DNA of 64,000 nucleotides from Cenococcum geophilum (taxonomy: Eukaryota), in contig CP158636.1 of assembly GCA_050273025.1 (NCBI GenBank), forward strand, positions 372,001 to 436,000, read 5' to 3'. Positions 53,759 to 64,000 of this stretch are shown here, piece after piece. Position 1 is the first letter of the stretch, and every line of letters begins with the position of its first letter. Under the pieces are notes generated by a model. The model did not search any database, had not been told where the DNA came from, and saw nothing but the letters and a program-made list of their open reading frames with translations. Both the position numbers and the translations under genes were made by a program.

Positions 53759-56700
53759 TATGCCATAAGCGCCCTATTATTCTACTTTACTTATATTACT
53801 AATATCTAGAACTGCGTTATATACTTAATTACTAAGGTTTATTATATAATGTCTTGGAGTTTTCTTTCTACTATAGTTACTGCCTCTAGGTCTCCGAATA
53901 TTTATATAAGTCGCTTTATAAACCCTTCCTAGCTTATAAATGGACATGTCTATATAGCTAAGCGAGCACTACAGCAGCACCCCTGCATCTTAGCAACACT
54001 AACATCATTAACATTTACAAAATTGAGCCTTGCTTGCTTACTTTCCATATTAGTCTCATTCGAGAGCTAATACCTTATTTACTCAATTTCTAATAATTAA
54101 TTATTACTATTAATGACTTAACGACCTATACGCTCGTCTAAACCTTTATAAATCGTCTATAAAAACCTCAAAAACTTAACCAACAATAATATACTTGACG
54201 AGCTAAACTCCTCAGAGGTTACCTACTAGTCTCCCTTACCTTTCCCTACACCTTTAGGCGATACGCCGGCGTCACAGTCTCCATCCTCTATAATGGCGCC
54301 TCTCTCCGCGGCTTAACGCGAGACTTTAGCCGCTAAAAAAGCTAAAGAATAGCTTTAGTAACTATATGAGGAGGACCTAAGAATTAAAAGAGCTTAGGTA
54401 AAGGAGGTCAAGGACTAGGCAATTAACCAGAAAATAAGACTCCTTTAGGAACAGGAGGATTATACTAAAATACTACGCGTCCAAAAAGAACAGGAAGATT
54501 AGGCGACTAAACTCTATATATTAAGCCTCGCTATAGTAACAGCGAGATTAGCTACAGCAGTGTTATCCTTAACCCCAATTAATAAACCAGGTAAGTTGCT
54601 CCCATCTATAACTAATATCCTAAATACCCTTCTCCCTAGCGTCCCGAATAAAGAGATACTTAAGGTATTTTAGGGTACTTTCTTGCCTAATAACCTCTTT
54701 CGCCTCTAGATACACTAGCTCTGGTTTAAGCCTCAGAATAATATCCTTATCGTTAACAGCATCCTTTCTATAAGACCAAAAGAAGGGATAATAAAGAACT
54801 ACCCATCCATTAAAGTGTAGGTAGAGGGCTTTCTTAACTATATAATGATTTTAATCGTTATATATAAGAATCTTTCGGTAGATCTTATTCCCCAAATACT
54901 TACCTTCTATAATTAAGTTATCTAGCTATCTACCACCTACTAAATTGCTCCCTTAATAACTATAGCCTTAGAGCACCACTCTATAGTTATTTAAAAGAAC
55001 TAGTTAAAGCTAGCTAACTAAAAGATCTCTAGTAACTTCCTAGATATCTATTACAATCCTAGTACTTATAAATCCGCATCTATCTTAAAACGCGCACAAG
55101 TAAGCACTAATATCTTAAGGACCTGTTATAGCTTTAATAGAGGGAAGTATAACCTAGGCAAGGATTATAAGTTCCTATATACCTATAGCAAGTACAGTAG
55201 CCTATATTCTGCGAGGAATTACAAGTAACAATTACTAGAGAAAAGTGTTAATAAGGAAAAAGAAGAGAAGGAAGAGGATTTTATTAAGCTATACCTACAC
55301 TCCGCTAAAACCGTGCTCTACTCTTATAGTATAGGTAGGCCGAATACTATACTATTATTTCTAGTCTTCCTACCCTCCTTTCCTCTATAGGACTCTCCCT
55401 CCCCCTTAATTATTCAAGCGTGGGGGCGTTATCTATCCCTATACCCCAGCAACCTCTAACGCAATATTATTAGTATCTTAAAGTTTGGATGCTAGATTAG
55501 GGCAGACCTAGAAATTAAGCTCCTCTCCTAAAAGAACTAAGCCTTAATAGCTATAAATACGGTCCTAATCTTAGAGAAGATTAGCGCCGATCTAGACATA
55601 GGTAGGATTATAATAGTAACGTCTCCCGTTATATTCTTATTGCTAGGTTTAGTACCTAAAGCGGATAGGGGATGGCGCCGTATTTATAACTTATCCTCAC
55701 TATCTAGCCGATCTGTTAACGACTTAATCCCTATAGCATTCGCTACACTATAATATTTAACAGTTAATTAGGTTCTCTAATATATTATACATATAGGCTA
55801 TAGTTATATAATTGTTAAGAGGGATATTAAGGACGCCTTTTAGAATATCCCACTTTCTATTAAAGCTTAACGCCTTATAGGGTTCTCCTAGAAGGGTATG
55901 GTGTATTTCGAACGTTACCTCTTATTTGGCCTTTAAACTACACCCTTTTTATTTAATCTTTTTGCGAAGGGATTCTACTAGATACTTATCTAATATATCC
56001 TAAACACCGCCTTAAAGCACTATCTAAATGACTTTATCTTTATACTCTCTAACGCTTCTATTCTCCCTTAATTACTTAATATATATAACTAATTAAGTAA
56101 TAAATTAGGCATCCTACGAAACAAATTAAAGAATATTAAAGGCACTACGGCTAAAGTCCTAGGTTATATTATAGATACTCTAAAGTCTAAGCTATGTCTT
56201 TCTCCTTTAAAACAGGCTACTACGATTAAGGAGATTAATAAAGCATTAAGTGGTAGATCCCTAACGCTAGTTTAAAGTTAAAAACTGGCTAGTAAACTCG
56301 CTTAGAGCGCCTAGGTAATTAGGCTTAGGCGTTTATATAACCGCTCTATCTAGGAGTTTATCTCCACTTTTATAAAGGTAGGTAGTTATCCTCGCCAACA
56401 GCTAATAGCTAAACTTCGCCAAGACTTGTTATAGTAGAGAAATACTCTTACCCTTTTAAATAGTATCCTCTTCTTTAATAATACGGATTAAAAACAATTC
56501 TATCTCTTCTTAGACGTATTTAGGATTCTTAGTTATAGGGCCTTCTTCTTCCTTAAGGATTCTTAAGGGACAATATAGCCGCCCTATTCGGTATCTCTAC
56601 CCTAAGATAATTCTTTAAGCTACTACCCTAATATAGAACACCACCTTGCCCTAATTAATAAGCGGGAGGTCTAAGCAATTACGACCTTATTTTAGCTCTA

Positions 56701-59578
56701 GGCAACGCGGTGGGAGTATAGCTTAGTCTATATCTATACGGATAATATAGTAATACTTTTAGAATTCTAGAATACGGTGGTAAAAGGACTGGGTAATTAC
56801 CTACTCTATAAGATCCTCTAACTAGCCACAGCCTATAATATTACGCTCTATACAGAGTGGGTTTCCTCTATAGAAAACGGGCTAGCTAATACTCTATCTC
56901 GTTTTAATCGCGATAGGGTGTTATTACTATACCCGCATTAGGATACTTCTAATTTACTATTACTATACGCTTCTTTATTATATTTAATCTAACGCCAAAA
57001 TAGAAGACCTAGTCCCTCTTAAAAACCCCCTACCTAATTTCTAGATTAAGGTAAAAGCCCCCTTAAAATACTTCGGCCAACTATTATAGCATAGCCTCTC
57101 TAATAGAACGAGAGATTTATACCATCCCGCAATTAAGAGTTAGGAGGGCTACTATAACTTTTATAAAGCGGTAAAGTACCTAGCGCCCCTTTACTACCTA
57201 GGAGAATGGATTACCTAATAAATCTTTAGCAATACTAGTCCAGGAATAAGCCGTATTAAGCCTACTATAGTTAGAGCCTACGTCTCCGCAATTTAATCCT
57301 ACTATATTAACGCTAATTATAACACCTCCGTCTTCAATAATCCTATTATTAAGAGGATCCTAAACGGTGCAATATCTATAAATCCCTTTACTACAGCTAA
57401 AAGATTGCTAATTACTAAAGACATCCTTACCTAATTAGTTACCCTAAATGCCTAATCCGTTAAGGATCTTAACTTTAACGCCGCCGTCACTATAGCCTTT
57501 GCGGGATTCCTTTATCTAGGCGAGATCACCTACACTAAGGCTTAGAAAGATAGCCACGCCTTCTCTACTATAAAATATACTAGAAATGATATAACGCTGG
57601 CAGAGGACCATATAATATTACGTCTAAAGCGTAGTAAAACGGATATTAATTACCAAAGAGTCTTAATCACAATTGCCGCTTTAGGGCAACCTAAATACGC
57701 AGTTTGAGCTATAAAACACCTGTTTAAAAATAACCCCCAACCCAGAAACGCCCCTCTCTTTTACTTTAAGAGATCGGCCTTTATAAGCTACGCGGTTAGA
57801 AATAAGCTAAAGTATAAAGTTACCGCTCTTGGCCTCTACTCTAAGCTCTATAACGGATACTTATTTTAAAAAGGTGCTGCTTAATACGCTTAAGATAACG
57901 GTTTTATGGACGGCTAAATACAGTAACTGGGTTGGTAGTCCTTACAAGCGTTTCAGCTTTACTATTTATTATCCCTAAAAGACCTATTCCGGCTAAGTGT
58001 AAACTTCTAACATAGAACGCTAATACCGTTCTTATTGTTACTTACCCTAAATACAATAGGCAAAGGTATTTAGGTATAACGGCGTGCAGGAGTGCCTATT
58101 TTGGCACTCTAATACATTAACTTAAATCTCTCCTTTCCCCCCCTTTTTTATTTTTTATTTTTTCTTCCCCCTACTCTACCTTGTGTGGTACGGGCGCTGC
58201 GCTTCTAAGTCTATAGGCATTACGTTTAGTTAAGGCAAGGTAATCCCCTATAAATGGCCTTATGAATATACCTATTCTTAATTAATGCCTTTAAGCCCAT
58301 ACCCACTAATTAGATTAATTAATCCTCTTCTCCGCAAGCGTGTAAATAATAAATAGACATGTCTATATAGCTAAGCGAGCACTATAGTAGCACCCCTGCA
58401 TCTCAGTAACACTAATATTATTAACATTTACAAAATTAAGCCTTACTTGCTTGCTTTCCCTCCCACCTATACCTTTTTCTTTAGTTGTATATTTTGGGCT
58501 TTGTAAATAGATACTGTAGCGATATGCTTGCGCACAGGTCCATAGGCATCACGTTTAGTCAAGGCAGGGCAATCCCCTATAAATAGCCTTGCGAATATAC
58601 CCATTCTTAATTAATGCCTTTGAGCCCGTACCCACCAATCAGATTAATTAATCCTCTTCTCCGTAAGCGTGTGAATAATAGATATAAATCACACCTCTTA
58701 ATTAGTGGTTGTTATTTTATTTACTTATATCTCTATAAGGTAAAGCTTAAACTATTTAAGTGCTCTTCCTAATAGGAATAGTCCCGCATACGCTATCCGA
58801 TCCATAAATATTACTAGCTTTACTCCCTCTTACGCAACCTTAAAGTGTATTTACGTAAAGAATCCTTTAAGCTTTAATTTTTCTCCTAAGAATCTTTTAA
58901 TTAATAGTAGCTTAACCTTTGCTGCGCCTATCCCATTAATCCTATTTTCCAACATTATATTATTTTCTATTAGCTAGTTAACTCTCTCTTATAGTTGTCC
59001 AACCGTTATAGGTTGCTATAAGTTAGTGTCTACTATACTAGTGTTGTTACCTAACCTTAAAGTAGTTGCCGCCGTTAATAGCATTATAGTAGCTGCTTTT
59101 AGTAGCATGTTATTTAACTTTTTATATTTAATACCGTAACTAGGTAGTAATTATATAATAGAACCTTATAGCAGAAACTATAATAAGCTTATTAATAGGC
59201 TAGGTATATAGGAAATACAAGTACGGAAGTTAATAACGTAATAACAACTAGTAAAGTGATTGCCTAATAGATTAACTCCAATTATATTCTAAGAATTACT
59301 ATAAAGAAGGAACTATCTAGGTAGGGACTAAGGGTTCTTAAATATACAACCGTACTCTTATAAAATTCTTCTTATATATAATATACGTCTTATATATAAG
59401 GTACGTAAGTTCCTCCTATGCCTCTCGTTTAATATATAGCACATTATATAACCCTAGTCACTATTCCTCATTATATAGTTCTACCGGCTCTATTTTAGAC
59501 CGTACCTAAATTAACTAACTAGCTTCTTCTATCTCTTCTCTAAGTAGTCGTAATATTGTACTTAAAGCGTCCGTAATA
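53759..59578 (-). mobile_element. Family A copy A4: only 5' LTR (59154-59578) and N-terminal gag remain; hosts the Ngaro element
   Basis: 53759-53936 and 58681-59153 are colinear with the family A gag. Confidence 0.88.
53937..58680 (+). mobile_element. Ngaro-type (DIRS order) tyrosine-recombinase retrotransposon; RIP-inactivated
   Basis: Split direct repeats A1 (~53937-54046)...B1 (~58208-58351)-A2 (~58349-58459)...B2 (~58537-58680). CCCH finger ~55124-55180; RT LGLVPKADGGWRRI (~55643) and YLDDF (~56021); RNase H ~56500-56900; YR motifs FAGFLRLGEI (~57498), HSFRKGAA (~57858), LGRWSS.AF.LY (~57927-57962). Confidence 0.92.
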
Positions 59579-60065
59579 GTCTAGTTATAATTATATTAGT
59601 TAGAAATACTTAGTTAAGTAGGGTTTTTAGTATAAAACTATTAGGATTCTTATATTTATATTATAATACCTATAGTAGAGCGTAGCTTAGTATATACTCC
59701 TTTAAATATATTTATAGGTTTATATAGCGCTAAGTTACACTTAAGAACGCTATAGTATACTAAAATAACCTAGTCCCTTAGGCTGTTCTTATTTTAGTAA
59801 ATTTTAATAAGGCTATATTAGATTTTCTAAAGTTTATTAAAGAGTAGTTAAAGGCACTCTAAATAAGTTTTTATTAGGTTAGAAGCGATAACTCTTTAGA
59901 ATATAATCTTTTACTATTTAGATATATAAAGCTAGCAATTTTTATTAGTTTTAAAGTAGGCTCTAGTAAGCTAAAGTATTATATTAAAGCTATAGTTTCT
60001 ACCTATAATATAGTTATAATAAAATATTACCGCCCGTCCCTTTAATTTAATAGAGAAAGCGTAGT
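59579..60065 (-). mobile_element. Copia gag fragment, probably the 5' continuation of C1
   Basis: De-RIP LFDKLQKIQHGL..SLRDQVISAC.GVPEC.LALYKPA.TFEGVC.ELRS on the minus strand. Confidence 0.75.
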
Positions 60066-63000
60066 TGTCAGTTAATCTGTATTCTTGGTGGCGTAAAACG
60101 TGCACTAGTTACGTACACGGGCCACGTATATTGTAAATATCTTCGTCTAAGCCCAGGGGCCCTAGGTCCAGCAACCATTAAGATACAATTAAGATTATTA
60201 ATAAATCAACCCATTTTATTAATAAATAGCTCTATATAAACTATCTGACAGTTATAAGCCCGGTCCGCCGACACAAGAAGCTATTTAACTATCACTTAAT
60301 CATTTAAAGAAATTCTACCTCATCGTTAGACTCTGACACCTCATCGTTACAAGACGACCCTAATCAAAATCCTACCTCAATTGTCACAAGACGAGATTCC
60401 ACGAGATTCCACGAGATTCCACCTTAATTGTTAAAGGACGATCCTGACGATAAGGACGATCCTGACGATAAGGACGATCCTGACGACGAATTCCATCTCA
60501 ATTCCCATCTGCCTATTAGTTAAATGACTCTACCGACGTTAAGTTCGTCAAATATAATTATCCCTTAACACGCTTGCGTCCTACGAGAGCGGGCCGTGCG
60601 CGAACACCAGAATCAAAAGTACGCGTATGGTCACGCAGCCTTGATCCTACTGATTCTATTGGCTAGCTCTTATCGATAACGGTAGGACGCAAACTAGCGT
60701 GTTAAGGGATACTTAATAAGATAGAAGACTGGGAGTAATGGATCTAGCAACTACAAGCCCTCGCGGATAAACGAATTTGGGCCTACGTTAACCCAGATAA
60801 TGCAGTACCTTAACGAGGTCTACTATAAGAACCACCCTATCCAGAAGTTATAGATTTTAACGAGAATGCAACCTTATATGCATAGCTCTCGACGAATTAA
60901 TAGAGGGTGTACGAGAACAGCAGACGATACTACGACTAGGATATAAAGTATTTCCTAAAATAAGAAGAGCACCTTTAACAGATCTATACCTAAATTACAT
61001 TTATAGTATCGATTTAGAAGAAGCTACTGCTTAACCCTTCCTTAACAGTTAAAGAATGGCTATCTTAACTAAAGGAGAATACAGAATCTACCTCGTTGTT
61101 TGTTAAAAAGAAGGTATAACACTAATACACAGAAGCTCTTAAGGGGTTTAAACACTTATTAAAATTAAATTAGTGGTTAGATTAATGGGAACATATAATA
61201 GTACTAGGAGAGAAGTATAAAATCCCTTAAATGTTAGATAGAATCTAGCTTTAAGATTTAGCAGAAGTTATTTAACCTTTTAGCAACGCCTACTATATAA
61301 AGTATACTACTAAGTTAAATAACCCTTAGAAGTTAAGATCTTCCAAATACCGCAGAGTAGTAAAGGAGCTATAAGAAGGACTTAGAATACTATTAAAGAA
61401 AGCTAATACTACTATAAGAGGGAGTACTTTTAATGTAGACTTTGCAGAGTAAGCTATAATAGATTACTCTAATACTACTAAAGGTTTAGGGAAAGGAACC
61501 TTAGTATATACTAGACGCTTAAAGAGAGCCAGGTCACTAGTAGATAAGGAGACATTCTATAAGAAGCTACTACCTATATACTTAGTGTGTAAGAAACAAG
61601 GACATTCCCTATAAAACTATTAGTATTTATTTAAAGATAAGAGACCCGAAGGAGTTATAATCGGAGATGCTCGCATTAAAAGGGTGCTAAAAAAGGTAGA
61701 AAAGAATAAGGATCTCGCTAACTAAGTTATAAAGATTAGACTTAAAGAATAAGAAGACAAGGCTTGATAATAATAGGACGAGAGTTAGAAAGTTAAGATT
61801 AAGGGAGAAGCTAATGCGATATTCCTAGAATTGTATTATATAGGTTAAATCCATCCACTAAAGCTATTGACTATTCTTGACTTAGGAACCACTCTCTATA
61901 TCTTTAATAACCTCTTTTATTTCTATAACTTTAGGAAAGCTCTAAGACTTAAATACATTATCGCTGGTAGCTTAAAAGTGCCTATACTAGGCTACGGTAA
62001 CGTTACTATTTAAGTTATAAAACTAAATAAGAGCAAGGGAATCCTATATCTTAAGGATATTATCTTTTATACGGACTTTAATACGAATCTAGTGTTATTC
62101 CGTTTACTTTAAAAACGAGGGTACTACTAGGACAATAAAGGAGAGAACAATCTTCTAGTTTAAAAGGATAACTCAGTCCTATATTAAATAAAAAAACGTT
62201 ATAGATAATAAACTATTAAATACGTCCGACTAGGAAGTCTATTAGCGTTTAATATAAGCCGACTACTACGCTAATAGAAGCGTAGAGCATTATTAAGAGA
62301 TACTTATCTAGATTTAAAAGGAGATATATATTTATAGTATTTGCGTCTAGGTTATCTAGGACCTATAAGCCTTTATTATTTAGGTCTTAATACCTTAAGA
62401 GTTAAGCTTTAAGGCCTAAAGATGACGGAATGTTAACATTGCAGTCTCGCTAAAATTAAGCGTTAGGTCTTAAGAAGGGTTTTAAAATAAAAGATTAATA
62501 AACCCTATTTTAACCTCTATATTAACTAGACTAACCTTAAGGAAGTATATACCGGATTTATATAAGTTATACTTATTTACAACACCTACTTAGGAAGATC
62601 CTTCCCGTACTTTATAACGACGCATAGCGAGAAGAAGAAGACACTATAGGTACTTAAAGATTTTGTATAGTGGATTTGTCTAAGGTATAACCTTAAAGTT
62701 AATACTATTAGATTAGATAATAAGCTAGGGAGAAGGAGAACCCTTAAATAGCTACGGACTTAAGGGATTATATTTAAGCCTTTAGCGCTATATACCTAAG
62801 CTTAGAACGTTACCGCTAAACGCTTAGGGGGTGTAATTATTAAGAGAGTACGAGTAATAAGAATTGCTATTAATCTATTACACAACCTATAGAACGAGAT
62901 AGTCGACTATATAGTTTACCTTTAAGATTAAACGCTATGGGAGGGTAATGGTTAGATATTACTATATAAGAGGTTCTATACCTTTCTAGCTAATAGGAGA

Positions 63001-64000
63001 TTAAGAAAGCTGTAACTAGCGCACCTAAAAGCCTACAGCTATAGGGTGTATATAATAACGTTGGACGCCTAGCTAAGGAAGAAAAGGCTAAGTAAGCTAG
63101 ATCCGCGAGCCCATATCGGCTATTTCGTTGGCTATAACTCTACCAATATCTACAGGATCTGGATCCTATATAAGGGTATTATTATCTCTATAAGGGATAT
63201 TATCTTTAATAAAAAGACGTTCTTTGACGGTAAGTAAACGGATATCTTAAAGGACCTATACGCTAAATTAGATATACTAATTAAGAAGATTTAACTACCT
63301 AATACCTAAACTAAGAACGAGGTCCTTCTGGAAGATAATAAAGAAGTATTTAAACAGTCAATTTAAGAGGAAGACGACGACGTCAATAAGCTAGTTTAAG
63401 CCTTTAATAAGTTAGCAGATCTTAAGCTTATAAGAGCTCTTAAAGATATATGCTATACACCACCTCTAATAGAAGAAGATAAAGAATCTCCATATACCTT
63501 TTACGTCGAGTATTTTATAAAGTTAGATGTATAAGGTACTAATCAAGACGTCGCTTATTAAGTAGGAGATACGTTTAATACTTAGGGGGTGTCCAATAAC
63601 TTAATTAAAGACTTATTTAAGGAAGCCAGCAATAATAGGTTTAAAGACTTTATTATAAAAAGAATTACATCAGCCTATTAAGGCGCCTTCTTAGTAAGAA
63701 GGAAGTTTAACCTTAATAGTCGACTTAACGACAGCAAGCTAAAATTAGGTAGAATACACAATATTAAATTACATAGAAAGAATCTACCTCCGCTACCCTA
63801 GTCAATCCAGGACCTTAATATACATCCTCTTTAAGATTAGTTCTAAGAGGCTTAACGAGTCCATCTCCAATTTTATTATTAAATAAGGTCGTTTTAAGAA
63901 ACAGATAAGAAGCACACAAAGGAATAGTATATCCTTAGCTTAATATAGGTATTTGTCTACAAGATAAACAAGTATAGATTTCTCCAGAAATATAAGGCAC
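60066..64000 (+). mobile_element. Ty1/copia element C2 (5' LTR 60066-60250, gag, protease, integrase, start of RT), runs off the window
   Basis: TGTCAG...CTGACA LTR followed by PBS-like GTTATAAGCCC; gag ATG 60524; C..C....H....C knuckle ~61579-61620; ILDSGTT.HIFND (~61873); WHLRLGH (~62335); KLDPRAHIGYFVGYDSTNIYRIW (~63094-63162). Confidence 0.92.
60561..60709. mobile_element. 149-bp MITE in the C2 gag
   Basis: TIR TCCCTTAACACGCT...AGCGTGTTAAGGGA; TA on both sides; gag reading MTLPTLSSSN.I|ILDK.EDWE rejoins across it. Confidence 0.88.

Noticed and set aside
53930..53940. Insertion hotspot in family A gag (Ngaro here; LTR at 17787 about 18 bp away in another copy)
   Set aside because: Only two events, by different integration mechanisms; coincidence cannot be excluded.

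Overview
This window is fungal (filamentous ascomycete-type) AT-rich heterochromatin made almost entirely of nested transposable elements destroyed by RIP (C>T/G>A changes, TpA excess, in-frame TAA/TAG throughout). I found no intact protein-coding gene; the ORF-track entries are artefacts or remnants. Reversing RIP by eye resolves: six full or partial copies of one chromodomain Ty3/gypsy family (A), a second gypsy (B), two Ty1/copia elements, a full-length and a 5'-truncated Tad1-like LINE, an Ngaro-type tyrosine-recombinase retrotransposon, two TA-flanked MITEs, three isolated LTRs, repeat-rich non-autonomous DNA-element-like inserts, and a telomere-linked-helicase-like (DUF3505 + RecQ) relic. 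The most notable observations are (i) tyrosine-recombinase-like catalytic motifs between DUF3505 and the RecQ domain, suggesting a YR-helicase mobile element; (ii) an antisense, apparently intron-containing six-Cys/coiled-coil gene in every family-A copy that retains its 3' end, with a hypervariable second exon; (iii) a chimeric shared LTR recording a multi-kb deletion. All quoted protein motifs are manual de-RIP reconstructions, not database hits.
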